A stretch of 64,000 nt of DNA, taken from an uncultured Methanomassiliicoccales archaeon (GTDB lineage Archaea > Thermoplasmatota > Thermoplasmata > RBG-16-68-12 > EA-27). The position numbers and the translations under genes are program-made. The stretch lies in contig CAYNEM010000015.1 in assembly GCA_964396265.1 (NCBI GenBank), positions 1,182 to 65,181 on the forward strand, in the 5' to 3' direction. Below the pieces are notes generated by a model. The model made no database searches, had not been told where the DNA came from, and saw nothing but the letters and a program-made list of their open reading frames with translations. This document shows, piece after piece, positions 28,463 to 38,198 of this stretch. Positions within the stretch are counted from its first letter, which is position 1. Each line of letters opens with the position of its first letter.

Positions 28463-29272
28463 ATGGCGGCCGCGGGACCCCGCTCTGTCGTATGCATCAA
28501 GCAGGTCCCGAAGGCCCAGGAGTTGCAGGTCGACCCCGTCACGAAGACGCTGAAGCGCGTCGGCGTCCCGAGCGAGATCAACCCGCCGGACCGTAACGCG
28601 CTCGAGATGGCCCTACAGATCAAGGACAAACATGGCGGCGAAGTTTTCGTCGTGACGATGGGTCCGCCCGTGTTCACGCAGGCGCTCGAGGAGGCGCTCG
28701 CGATGGGGTGCGACCGCGCGTGGCTCCTCACGGATCGCATCCTCGGCGGGTCGGACACTGTCCCGACGGCGCTGTCCCTGTCGGAGACGATTCACAAGAT
28801 TGGCGGCTACGATATCCTGTTCTGCGGCGAGGAGACGACGGACGCGAGCACGGGCCACGTGGGGCCGGGCATCGCCGGCCACCTCGACTGCGCGCAGATC
28901 TCGTACTGCTCGGATCTGGAGTACAAGGGCAAGACCGTCGTGGGGAAGAGGACGGTCGAGGACGGGTTCGAGTGGTGGGAGTGCCCGACGCCGTGCATGG
29001 TCACCGTGAACTTCCTCTCGAACCGCCCGAGGGCCCAGTCGCTGACGGGCAAGATCCGCGTGAAGCGGGGCGGGCTAATCACGACGTGGTCGTGCGCGGA
29101 CGTGGGCATCGACCCGAACAAGGTCGGCATCAGGAACTCCCCGACGATCGTCGCGAAGGTCGACACGGTCGAGCTTCCCGACCGGAAGGCAAAGATCTTC
29201 CGCGGTGAGACGAAGCAGGCCGTCGCGAAGCTGCTCGATGCATTGGCGGCGGACGGGGTGATTCCCCGGTGA
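28463..29272 (+). CDS. etfB: Electron transfer flavoprotein beta subunit
   Basis: VCIKQVP, INPPD..ALE, TMGPP, GSDTVPTA, TDASTGHVGP. Confidence 0.95.
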   Translation: MAAAGPRSVVCIKQVPKAQELQVDPVTKTLKRVGVPSEINPPDRNALEMALQIKDKHGGEVFVVTMGPPVFTQALEEALAMGCDRAWLLTDRILGGSDTVPTALSLSETIHKIGGYDILFCGEETTDASTGHVGPGIAGHLDCAQISYCSDLEYKGKTVVGKRTVEDGFEWWECPTPCMVTVNFLSNRPRAQSLTGKIRVKRGGLITTWSCADVGIDPNKVGIRNSPTIVAKVDTVELPDRKAKIFRGETKQAVAKLLDALAADGVIPR

Positions 29273-30312
29273 CGATCCCGACGGATAAGTCGCAGCACCG
29301 AGGCGTCTGGGTCTTCCTCGAGGCGCGCCGGGGTCGGTTGCGGGACGTGAGCCGCCAACTTCTGGGCGTGGCGCGCACCCTCGCCAGGGCGCGGGACTCG
29401 GACGTCAGCGGCGTCCTGCCAAGTTGGAACGCGGAGCCGCTGGCGCGGGAGGCGATCGAATTCGGCGCGGATCGGGTGTACCTCGTGGAGGACCCGCGGC
29501 TCGAGACGTACACGTCACGACCCTTCACGAAGGTCATGGCGACCCTCATCGGGACGCACAAGCCGGAGATCGTCCTGTTCGGCGCGACGAAGAACGGCCG
29601 GGACCTCGGCGGACGGCTCCATGCGGTAATCGAGACGGGATTGGCGGCGGACTGCGTGAAGCTCGAGATCGACGAGGACGGGAACCTCGACATGATCCGC
29701 CCCTCCTTCGGCGGGAAGTCCCTCGCGCACATCCTGTGCAAACAGCACCGCCCCCAGATGGCCTCCGCGCGCCCGAACGTGTTCCCGATTCCGCAGCGGC
29801 GGCCTGGTCGGGCCGGGGAGGTCGTTCACGTGTCCGTCCCGATTACGGACGCCGACCTCGACGCGAAGGTCGTGAAGTTCGAGGAGCACCGGGGGCACAA
29901 GGGCAGCCCCATCGAGGATGCTCGGATCGTCGTGGCCGGCGGGTTCGGGCTTCGCGACCCGAAGAACTTCCGCTTGCTCGAGGAGCTCGCGAAGGAGCTC
30001 GGGGGCGCCGTGGCGGCGTCTCGCAAGGCGGTGGACGCGGGTTGGGTGCCGAAGGACTATCAGGTCGGCCAGACCGGGAGGACGGTCCGCCCGGAACTGT
30101 ACATCGCAATCGGGATCTCCGGCGCTGTGCAACATCTGGCGGGGATGCAGGAAAGCGAGAAGATCCTCGCGATTAATCAGGACAACAAGGCGCCGATGTT
30201 CGAGGTCTGCGACTACGGGATCGTGGGCGACCTGTTCCAGATCGTCCCCGAACTCGTTCGGCAGATCCGCGCCCGAAAGGCGGAAGCCGTGACGGTCCCG
30301 GCCACGTCCTGA
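29269..30312 (+). CDS. etfA: Electron transfer flavoprotein alpha subunit
   Basis: RPSFGG, ASRKAVDAGW, QVGQTG, GISGAVQH. Confidence 0.95.
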   Translation: MTIPTDKSQHRGVWVFLEARRGRLRDVSRQLLGVARTLARARDSDVSGVLPSWNAEPLAREAIEFGADRVYLVEDPRLETYTSRPFTKVMATLIGTHKPEIVLFGATKNGRDLGGRLHAVIETGLAADCVKLEIDEDGNLDMIRPSFGGKSLAHILCKQHRPQMASARPNVFPIPQRRPGRAGEVVHVSVPITDADLDAKVVKFEEHRGHKGSPIEDARIVVAGGFGLRDPKNFRLLEELAKELGGAVAASRKAVDAGWVPKDYQVGQTGRTVRPELYIAIGISGAVQHLAGMQESEKILAINQDNKAPMFEVCDYGIVGDLFQIVPELVRQIRARKAEAVTVPATS

Positions 30313-30381
30313 TCGACCTTCCTGGGCACGCCCGCGCTAGTTCTAAGGCCACGATGGCGATGTGGGGGGCGGGATGCGACG

Positions 30382-30900
30382 ATGATGTCGGGACGCCAAA
30401 GCCCGGACCCCTCGATGGTCCACGTGTGGGCCCTCTACGCCCTCGGGATGCAAGGCGTCCTATGGATCTGGGGCGCCGTCCTCGTCGCGCTCCTGATCGT
30501 ATCCTGGAACGCGATCGTCGCGGTCAGCCTGCTCCTCGTTTCCCTCGTGATCGGAGCCTCGACGTCGTACGCGTGGGCGTTCCTCTACCACCGCTTCTAC
30601 CTCTGGGAATTCACCGACGAGCAAATGCACGTGTGGAGGGGCATCCTCTTCCGTCGTCGCCTCACAGTCCCGTACATGCGCGTCCAGAACGCCACGGTCG
30701 TCCGCGGCCCCTTCCTCATGTTGTTCGGCCTGTCGAACGTCGCAATCGAGACCGCCGCTGCGGGTGCGCATCCCTACCCGGTGTCGACCGGATTCTCCCC
30801 CGGGTCGGGGGCGTATCTCCCGGGCGTTCGGGATGGGGAGCAGGTGGCCGACGCGATCATCGAGGCGGCGAAGCGCTCACGGGTCCGGGAGGGACTGTAG
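30382..30900 (+). CDS. Membrane-anchored bacterial PH-domain (YdbS-like) protein
   Basis: Two TM helices, then RGILFRRR..VPYMRVQN..GPF..FGL..V.IETA. Confidence 0.82.
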   Translation: MMSGRQSPDPSMVHVWALYALGMQGVLWIWGAVLVALLIVSWNAIVAVSLLLVSLVIGASTSYAWAFLYHRFYLWEFTDEQMHVWRGILFRRRLTVPYMRVQNATVVRGPFLMLFGLSNVAIETAAAGAHPYPVSTGFSPGSGAYLPGVRDGEQVADAIIEAAKRSRVREGL

Positions 30901-31543
30901 CCGCGAGGGCGTCGGGGGTCGCCCACCGGACGGACCGCGAGAAGACGTCGCGGAACCCTCGGACGACCGCGTCCCGGAAGTCGTCCATCGAAACCTCGCG
31001 GCCGAGCTCGCGCTGCATCGACGTCATGATCGAAGCGTCGAAGCCGCAGGGCCGGATCTTCGCGAAGAACGCGAGGTCCGTGTTCACGTTGTGCGCGAAC
31101 CCGTGGTATGTCACGTTCCGGTGGATCGCGACGCCGATGGACCCGAGCTTGCGACCCTCGACCCAGACGCCGCTCTGGCGGCGGTCCCGGTCCGCGGGCA
31201 CGGCGAACTCGCGCGACGCCCGGATGAGGACCTCCTCGAGATCGTGCACGTACCGCCGCACGTCGAGGCGGTCCGCGAGCTTCAGGATCGGATAGCCGAC
31301 GAGCTGTCCGGGTCCGTGGTACGTGGCCTCGCCGCCCCGCTCAACCTCGACGACGGGTAGGGAGGGGTCGAGCACGTCGTCCATCGTCCCCCGCCGGCCG
31401 AGGGTCACCACGTGCGGGTGCTCGAGGAGGAGGAGGACGTCTGGAAGATCCTCGGCGGCGCGTCGCTCGACGAGCCGCTTCTGGAGATCCCAAGCGCGGC
31501 GGTATTCGACCACGCCCAGGTCGACGGCGAGGGTCTCGTTCAT
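30857..31543 (-). CDS. lipB: Octanoyltransferase
   Basis: LEHPHVVTLG, RGGEATYHGPGQLVGYPI, KLGSIG, HGFAHN, IRPCG. Confidence 0.95.
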   Translation of the reverse strand: MNETLAVDLGVVEYRRAWDLQKRLVERRAAEDLPDVLLLLEHPHVVTLGRRGTMDDVLDPSLPVVEVERGGEATYHGPGQLVGYPILKLADRLDVRRYVHDLEEVLIRASREFAVPADRDRRQSGVWVEGRKLGSIGVAIHRNVTYHGFAHNVNTDLAFFAKIRPCGFDASIMTSMQRELGREVSMDDFRDAVVRGFRDVFSRSVRWATPDALAATVPPGPVSASPPR

Positions 31544-32961
31544 TTGCGGTTCACGACGTGGATGGCCCTCCCGAGCGCGGCCTCGGCGGCCTCCATGATC
31601 GCCTCGGACAGCGTCGGGTGCGGGTGGATCGTGAGCGCGACGTCGTGCGCGGTCGCCCCCATCTCGATCGCGAGCGCCATCTCGCTGATCAGGTCGCTCG
31701 CGTCCGGGCCGACGATCTGTACCCCGAGGATCTGCTCGGACCTCGCGTCCATGACGACCTTGACGAACCCCTCGCTCTCGCCCGCCGCCAAGGCGCGGCC
31801 CAACGCCGCGAACGGGACCTTGCCCACGCGGACGTCGTGACCGTGCGCGACCCCCTGCGCCTCGTCCATGCCCACCGTGGCGACCTCCGGGTCCGTGAAG
31901 ATCGCGAGGGGCAAGGCCTTCCAGTCTGCGGCGGCGGACTGCCCCGCGGCAACCTCCGCCGCCACGAGTCCCTCCTTGGACGCCTTGTGCGCGAGGAAAG
32001 GCTTCCCCGTGACGTCGCCGATCGCGAAGATGTGCTGCACGTTCGTCCGCATCTGACGGTCCACGAGGAGGAAGCCCTGCTCCGTGTGGACGCCGACAGC
32101 TTCGAGGTTGAGGCCCGCCGTGTTCGGCTTCCTCCCGATTGTCACGAGGACCTTGTCAGCGTCGATCGCGAGCGTCTTCCCGGGGGTCTCCGCGGAGACG
32201 ACGATCCGGTCGCCCTTCGAGGTCCAATCGACGGCCTTCGAGCGCACATGGGCCTCGATGCCGAGGCGCTTCAGGTTGCGCGCGACGATGCGTACGACGT
32301 CAGGGTCCGTGCCGGGGAGGAGCTGCTCGAGCATCTCGATCACGGTCACGCGGGAGCCCAGCTTCGCGAAGTACGTGCCGATCTCGAGGCCGCTGACGCC
32401 GCCGCCGATGACGACGAGGTCGCGCGGCGCCGCCGCGAGTTCGAGCGCCTCCTTGGTGCTGAGGATCCTCTCGCGGTCGAAGCGGAACGCCGGGAGGTCC
32501 ATCGGGACCGAGCCGGTCGCCACTATGACCTTCGTCGCCTCGATCTCCTCCTCTGAGACGGAGCCATCGGCAGCGCGGGCCCCCTCCACGCGCACGCGGT
32601 GGGGGTCGAGGAACGACGCCGTGCCGTACAGGATGTCCACGCCGTTCGCCTTGCAAAGCTGCTCGATCCCCCGGTTGAGCCGGTCGATCACGGACACTCG
32701 ATACTGCTGGAGTTTCTTCATATTCACGTGGAGCCCGGTGACCTCCACGCCCATCTCGCCCGCATGGCGGAGCCGGTGCACGAGGTTCGCGGTGAAGATG
32801 AGGGTCTTCGAGGGGATGCACCCGTAGTTGAGACACTCGCCGCCAAGTCGGCCGTCCTTGTCCACGAGGAGTGTCTTCAGCCCGAGCTGCGACGCCCGGA
32901 TCGCGGCGACGTAGCCCCCGGGCCCGGCACCGATGACGAGGAGGTCGACCTGGCGGGCCAT
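31540..32961 (-). CDS. lpdA: Dihydrolipoamide dehydrogenase (E3)
   Basis: GAGPGGY, GGECLNYGCIPSK, HPHPTLSE. Confidence 0.97.
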   Translation of the reverse strand: MARQVDLLVIGAGPGGYVAAIRASQLGLKTLLVDKDGRLGGECLNYGCIPSKTLIFTANLVHRLRHAGEMGVEVTGLHVNMKKLQQYRVSVIDRLNRGIEQLCKANGVDILYGTASFLDPHRVRVEGARAADGSVSEEEIEATKVIVATGSVPMDLPAFRFDRERILSTKEALELAAAPRDLVVIGGGVSGLEIGTYFAKLGSRVTVIEMLEQLLPGTDPDVVRIVARNLKRLGIEAHVRSKAVDWTSKGDRIVVSAETPGKTLAIDADKVLVTIGRKPNTAGLNLEAVGVHTEQGFLLVDRQMRTNVQHIFAIGDVTGKPFLAHKASKEGLVAAEVAAGQSAAADWKALPLAIFTDPEVATVGMDEAQGVAHGHDVRVGKVPFAALGRALAAGESEGFVKVVMDARSEQILGVQIVGPDASDLISEMALAIEMGATAHDVALTIHPHPTLSEAIMEAAEAALGRAIHVVNRK

Positions 32962-33014
32962 CGGGCGAGGATGAGGGCGATGGACTTAAACCATCGCGCT
33001 TCCCGGTTCCGTGG

Positions 33015-33272
33015 CTATTCCCCGTGGGGAATAGCGTCGCGCTTCGGTCTCTCCGGCCGGAGTGCACTCCACGCAGCGTATAGCCCACCGAACCCGACCG
33101 CGAGGATGAGGGATATGCTCACGGTATAGTTCGTGACGGGGCCCATGGCGTCCGGGAGCACGACGTTCGCAAACCAAAGGCTCAGAGTTGACGCCGCGTA
33201 GAACGCGAGGAACAGCCATACGAAACTGCGGAGCGCAGATGACAGAGAGCTGCGGTCTTCGGGATCCATCAA
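33015..33272 (-). CDS. Small two-TM membrane protein
   Basis: Two hydrophobic helices; co-oriented between pdhC and lpdA. Confidence 0.55.
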   Translation of the reverse strand: MMDPEDRSSLSSALRSFVWLFLAFYAASTLSLWFANVVLPDAMGPVTNYTVSISLILAVGFGGLYAAWSALRPERPKRDAIPHGE

Positions 33273-33318
33273 GGACCTCGTCCATCATCGAGTGGAGAGG
33301 CCTTGAAGGTTCCGGCGC

Positions 33319-34587
33319 TCACGCCGCGACGAAAAGGAGTGCGGGGTGTTCGACATACTCCTTCATCGATTCAACGAATGCCGCCCCGACGTGCCCGTCG
33401 ATCACGCGATGGTCGAACGAGCACGTGAGGTACATCATCTCCCGGATGACCACCTGGTCCCCGTGGACGACGGGACGCTTCTCGATTCGATGTATGCCGA
33501 GGATCGCGACCTCGGGCCAGTTGATGATCGGCGTCGCCATGATGCCGCCGAGCGCGCCGAGGCTCGTGATGGAGAACGTGCCGCCCTGGACGTCGCGCGG
33601 CGTGAGCTTGTTCGTCCGAGCGGCGTCCGCGAGCCGCTCGACCTCCTTCGCCAGCGCGTACAGGTCCTTCTGGTCCGCATCGTGGACGACGGGCACGATG
33701 AGGCCTGCGTCTGTCGCAGTCGCGATCCCGATGTTGTAGTATCTCTTCAGAACGATCTCGCCCTTCTCCTCGTCGAACGTCGCGTTCAGGGAGGGATGGT
33801 CCTTGAGCGCCGCCACGGTCGCGCGGATGATGAACGGGAGGTATGTGAGCTTCGCACCCTTCTTCTCTGCCTTCGCCTTCAGCTTCTCCCGCAGGTGGAC
33901 GAGGGAGGTCATGTCCACCTCCTCCACGAACGTGAAGTGCGCGGCGGTGTTCTTCGACTTCTGCATCTTCTCCGCGATCCTGCGACGGATGCCGTGGACC
34001 GGGATGCGGTCCTCGAGGTCTGCGGAAACGGACGGCTTGGGCGGCGGCTCCGCGTGCCGAGGCGCCGGCTCGGGTGCCTTGCTCTCCGGCTCTGGCGCGG
34101 GTTTGACGACGGCCGCCGCCAACGATTGCACGACGCTACTACGGACGTCCTCCTCAGTGATCCGGCCCCGCGGCCCCGTGCCGCGGACCGCCGCCAAATC
34201 CATGCCGAGCTCGCGCGCGAGCCTCCGGACCGAGGGCGTCGCGAGCACCTCACCTGCGGCGGCCGTGGTCGCCGCGAGCGACGGTGCGGGGGGAGCCTTC
34301 GGGCTTTCAGGAATCGAGGCCGGTTCGGCGGGAGTCGCAACGGTCTCGCCCTCCTCGCCGACGACGATGATCGGATTCCCGACGAGGACCACATCGCCCT
34401 CCTTCGCGAGGAGCTTGAGGACCTTCCCGGTGAACGGGGATGGAAGCTGGACCGTGACCTTGTCCGTCATGACCTCGACGAACAGCTGTTCCTCCCTGAT
34501 CGCGTCGCCCTCCTTGACGAGCCACTTCGTGATCTCGCCCTCGTGGACGCCCTCGCCGATGTCGGGCAACTTGAATTCCTTCGACAT
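33319..34587 (-). CDS. pdhC: Dihydrolipoamide acyltransferase (E2), single lipoyl domain
   Basis: MSKEFKLPDIGEG, VMTDKV lipoyl Lys, ATPSVRRLARE, FDHRVIDG. Start corrected to 34587. Confidence 0.95.
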   Translation of the reverse strand: MSKEFKLPDIGEGVHEGEITKWLVKEGDAIREEQLFVEVMTDKVTVQLPSPFTGKVLKLLAKEGDVVLVGNPIIVVGEEGETVATPAEPASIPESPKAPPAPSLAATTAAAGEVLATPSVRRLARELGMDLAAVRGTGPRGRITEEDVRSSVVQSLAAAVVKPAPEPESKAPEPAPRHAEPPPKPSVSADLEDRIPVHGIRRRIAEKMQKSKNTAAHFTFVEEVDMTSLVHLREKLKAKAEKKGAKLTYLPFIIRATVAALKDHPSLNATFDEEKGEIVLKRYYNIGIATATDAGLIVPVVHDADQKDLYALAKEVERLADAARTNKLTPRDVQGGTFSITSLGALGGIMATPIINWPEVAILGIHRIEKRPVVHGDQVVIREMMYLTCSFDHRVIDGHVGAAFVESMKEYVEHPALLFVAA

Positions 34588-34598
34588 GCAAGACCCCC

Positions 34599-35570
34599 TC
34601 AGAATGCCATGACCTTCTGGATCCCCGCGAGCACGCGGTCGGCGCTCGGCATGTACACGTCCTCGAGCGTGTAGGGGAATGGCGTGTCGAACCCCGCCAC
34701 GCGCACGATCGGCCCCCGCAGGTGCTCGATCGCCCGCTCCGCGAGCAGTGCGCTGATCTCCGCACCGTAGCCGCCGGTCTTCGGGGCCTCGTACACGATG
34801 ACTGCGCGGCCCGTCTTCTTCACGCTTCCGAGAACCCCTTCGATGTCGAGGGGTACGAGGGTGCGGAGGTCGATGACCTCGCACTCCCATCCCTTCTCCG
34901 CCGCCCGCTTCGCGGCATCGAGGCAGACGTGGGTCATGTAGCCCCAAGCGATCAGGGAGACGTCCTTGCCTTCACGGCGTACCGAGGCCTCCCCGAGCGG
35001 GACCGTGAAGTCCCCCTCCGGGACCTCCTCGCGGAACGCGCGATAGATCTTCTTCGGCTCGAGGAACAAAACGGGGTCCGGATCGCGGATCGAGCTGAGG
35101 AGCAGGCCCTTCGTGTCGAGGGGCGTGCTCGGCACGACGACCTTGAGGCCGGGCGTGTGGCAGAAGTACGCCTCGCTCGACTGGCTGTGGTAGTGGCCAC
35201 CCTTGATGCCGCCGCCGTACGGGGTCCGGATGACCATCGGGACGGAGTACTGACCGCCCGAGCGATAGCGCATCTTCGCAGCCTCGCTCACGATCTGGTC
35301 GAACGCGGGATAGATGAAGTCCAGGAACTGGATCTCGGGCACCGGTCGCAGGCCGTAGAGGGCCATGCCAATCGCCGTCCCGATGATGCCTGCTTCCGCG
35401 AGGGGCGTGTCGAACACGCGGTCCGGGAACTCGTCGATGAGGCCCTCCGTGCATCGGAAGACGCCGCCGTTCCGGCCGATGTCCTCGCCCAAGAGCACGA
35501 CGCGGTCATCGCGGCGCATCTCCTCACGGAGGGCGTTGTTTACCGCCTGCACGATGTTCATCGCGGGCAT
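34599..35570 (-). CDS. pdhB: 2-oxoacid dehydrogenase E1 beta subunit
   Basis: GEDIGRNGGVFR, DTPLAE, EIQF, HSQS, IDLRTL. Confidence 0.95.
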   Translation of the reverse strand: MPAMNIVQAVNNALREEMRRDDRVVLLGEDIGRNGGVFRCTEGLIDEFPDRVFDTPLAEAGIIGTAIGMALYGLRPVPEIQFLDFIYPAFDQIVSEAAKMRYRSGGQYSVPMVIRTPYGGGIKGGHYHSQSSEAYFCHTPGLKVVVPSTPLDTKGLLLSSIRDPDPVLFLEPKKIYRAFREEVPEGDFTVPLGEASVRREGKDVSLIAWGYMTHVCLDAAKRAAEKGWECEVIDLRTLVPLDIEGVLGSVKKTGRAVIVYEAPKTGGYGAEISALLAERAIEHLRGPIVRVAGFDTPFPYTLEDVYMPSADRVLAGIQKVMAF

Positions 35571-35616
35571 GGGGTCCACCTCGCGATTCCACGAGTCCCC
35601 ATAAGCGTTGCGAGCG

Positions 35617-36696
35617 TCATGGCGCGCCTCCTCGAAGCGTCCGGAGGTCATCGAGCTGTTCCCGGAGGTGCCACGGCATCTCCGCGTACACGTCCGTGAA
35701 CAGCGCGTCGATCGGCGGCGGAGGCGATCGTTCGACGGCGTGGACGGCCTCCGTGATCGCGTCGTCGAGCTCCAGGTGGAGGCCCCTGTCCGCGTCCGTG
35801 TCCCAGATATCGCGCGCGACGAGGTGGTTGCGCAGGACGTCGATCGGGTCGCGCCGCCGCCACGGCTCGACCTCCTTCTCGTCGCGGTACCGCGTGGGGT
35901 CGTCCGACGATGAATGGGGGCCGAGCCGATACGTGAGCGCCTCGACGAGCGTGGGCCCGTCCCCCGCCCGCGCCTTCCGCTGCGCGTCCCGGACCGCTGC
36001 GACCACCGCCAACGCGTCCATGCCGTCCACGCGGACGCCTTCGAACCCGTAGGCGACCGCCTTCTCCGCGAGCGTCTGCGTGGCGGTCTGGCGGCGCACG
36101 GGGAGGCTGATCGCCCACTGGTTGTTGTTGCACAGGAAGACGACGGGTGCTTTGAACACGCCGGCGAAGTTCATCCCGGCGTGGAAATCAGCGGTGCTCG
36201 TGCCCCCGTCGCCGAAGTAGACGAGGCATGCGATCGGGTCCTTGCGGATCTTGGCGGCCCAGGCGACGCCCACCGCGTGCGGGATCTGCGTGCCCACGGT
36301 GGACGCGATGGACATGAAGTTCCCCTGGCGGTAGGAGTAGTGGCAGGGCATCTGGCGGCCGCGGATCGGGTCCATGTCGTTCCCGAAGAGCTGCGCGACG
36401 AGCTGCGCGAGAGGCATCCCGCGGAGGAGGGCCGCGCCCGGCTCCCGGTACTGGGGGACGATCCAGTCCTGGGGCTCCATGGCGAACGCGGCGCCGACGA
36501 TCGCCGCCTCCTGTCCGACGCTGGGACCGTAGAATCCGATGCGACCCTGGCGCTGCAGGCTCAACATCCGGCCGTCGAGCACGCGCTCGAGGAGCATGTA
36601 TCGATACAGGCTGAGGATCGCATCCTTCGAGAGCTTCGGGTCCGTCGCGGGGTCCGCGTGCCCGTCGTCCGTGAGGACCCTCAGCATGTCGCCCAA
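35617..36696 (-). CDS. pdhA: 2-oxoacid dehydrogenase E1 alpha subunit (copy 2)
   Basis: LQRQGRIGFY, GDGGTSTADFH..NNQWAIS, YRLGPHSSSDDP. Confidence 0.92.
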   Translation of the reverse strand: MGDMLRVLTDDGHADPATDPKLSKDAILSLYRYMLLERVLDGRMLSLQRQGRIGFYGPSVGQEAAIVGAAFAMEPQDWIVPQYREPGAALLRGMPLAQLVAQLFGNDMDPIRGRQMPCHYSYRQGNFMSIASTVGTQIPHAVGVAWAAKIRKDPIACLVYFGDGGTSTADFHAGMNFAGVFKAPVVFLCNNNQWAISLPVRRQTATQTLAEKAVAYGFEGVRVDGMDALAVVAAVRDAQRKARAGDGPTLVEALTYRLGPHSSSDDPTRYRDEKEVEPWRRRDPIDVLRNHLVARDIWDTDADRGLHLELDDAITEAVHAVERSPPPPIDALFTDVYAEMPWHLREQLDDLRTLRGGAP

Positions 36697-36767
36697 CGAC
36701 GCGTCTCCCGTGCCGACGGCGTCGGAAGGGGGGCGCGGACATTAAGGTTGCGGGCGAGCGTCTGTCC

Positions 36768-36840
36768 GTCTTATCCCGAAATCACTTCCTCCATAGGAGG
36801 GGACGCTGGCGCTGACCCCAACGCATTTGTGGCGGTCCTC
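36768..36840 (-). mobile_element. Putative solo right-end scar of the same IS481-like element
   Basis: GTCTTATCCCGAAATCACTTCC (36768-36789) matches the reverse complement of 24216-24236 at 18 of 21 positions (hand alignment with 1 gap). A minus-strand TGA lies inside the repeat. Confidence 0.45.
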
Positions 36841-36853
36841 CTTGCCGCGACCG

Positions 36854-37750
36854 ATGGGCGCACTCCGGGGCTACGCCGCCATCCTCACCGCCTCCGCGGC
36901 ATTCGGGGCTTCGGCGACCCTGGGGACGCTCCTCCTGACCGGCTCCGGCGCCGTCGACCCCCTGACGGCCCTCGTCTTGTCTCACGGCCTGTCCGCGCTT
37001 GTCTTCCTGCCCTTCGCGCTCAAGGTCAGGATTCGCAGAGAGGACGCGCGCTTCGTCCTGCTGTGGGGGGTGAACGGGGCTGCGATCGCCCCGGCCCTCT
37101 GGTTCTTCGGCCTTGCACAATCGGATGCGATCAACGCGGCCCTCCTCGCGAACATGGAGGCAGTATGGACGATTGCGTTCGCCTATGTGTTCCTCAAAGA
37201 ACGTGTACCGCATCGCGGGTATCTCGGGATCGCCGTGCTGCTCGTGGGCGCGCTTGCGATCACGACGAACTTCGACTTCGGCAGCGTCCAGTTCCGTCAG
37301 TACCTTTTCGGCAACGTCCTCCTGATCCTGTCCTCCCTCTGCTTCGGCATCGACAACAACATGTCCCGCCTCCTCGTCATGAAGTACGACCGGCGCGCGA
37401 TCCCGTTCTACAAGATCCTCATCGGCCTGGCCATCCTCGCGCCGATCTCCCTTCTCTTCAGAAGCTCGTACGCCTTCGACGTGGAGCACCTCTTCCTTGC
37501 GGCGGCCCTCGGCCTCGTCGGCGTCGCCGGCGTGATCTGGTTCTTCTACATCGCGTTCCAGGAAATCGGGGCGATGCGTGCCGGCGCGATCATCTCGACG
37601 AGCGCGCTGTTCGGCGTCGCGATCGCGTTCGCGGTCTTCGACACGCCGCCGACGGCCGTGCAGTTTGGCGGCGGCTTGCTCATGGTCGCGGGAACGTTCC
37701 TGACCTCGGAATGGAAGCCGAACCTGCGGCGGAAGGTCGGGTCAGAGTGA
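36854..37750 (+). CDS. DMT/EamA-family transporter
   Basis: About 10 TM helices; FLKERV and IGAMRAG-type repeat motifs. Confidence 0.9.
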   Translation: MGALRGYAAILTASAAFGASATLGTLLLTGSGAVDPLTALVLSHGLSALVFLPFALKVRIRREDARFVLLWGVNGAAIAPALWFFGLAQSDAINAALLANMEAVWTIAFAYVFLKERVPHRGYLGIAVLLVGALAITTNFDFGSVQFRQYLFGNVLLILSSLCFGIDNNMSRLLVMKYDRRAIPFYKILIGLAILAPISLLFRSSYAFDVEHLFLAAALGLVGVAGVIWFFYIAFQEIGAMRAGAIISTSALFGVAIAFAVFDTPPTAVQFGGGLLMVAGTFLTSEWKPNLRRKVGSE

Positions 37751-37763
37751 CGGCGGAGACCCT

Positions 37764-38198
37764 TTAGTCGCCGTCCTCGCCGGTTCGGCGGGCGACGAGA
37801 CCTTCGAAGTCCCGGTCAAAGCTCGCGATCTCGTCGATCCCCATGGACTCGATGATCTCCAGGGAGGTGCAGTCCGTGAAGCTCAGGCCTCGCGAGGCGA
37901 GCCGCTGGAACCTCGCCCACGACCGCAGGAGCGCCCGCGGGGAGACGAACGCCATGCCCATCAGGCGGCCAGGGGGTCCGGTGCCGAGGATCAGCTCCCC
38001 GACGCGAATCGCGAGGTCCGCCCGGCGCGTCCGCGCGAACGCGAGCGTCACCGCCTCGTCGAACACGTAGTCCGAGGTGAGGACGTCCCCGAATCGGCCG
38101 GTCCCCGCAGCTCGGAGGAGGCGGGACGCAGTGCGATGGTTCGTGTCTCGTGGGTTCGCGGCCGCGACGATGATGCCGGTGTCGAGGAACAGGCTCAT
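37764..38198 (-). CDS. vapC: PIN-domain (VapC) toxin
   Basis: FLDTG, VFDE, LSFTDC, SFDRDF acidic catalytic residues. Confidence 0.92.
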   Translation of the reverse strand: MSLFLDTGIIVAAANPRDTNHRTASRLLRAAGTGRFGDVLTSDYVFDEAVTLAFARTRRADLAIRVGELILGTGPPGRLMGMAFVSPRALLRSWARFQRLASRGLSFTDCTSLEIIESMGIDEIASFDRDFEGLVARRTGEDGD

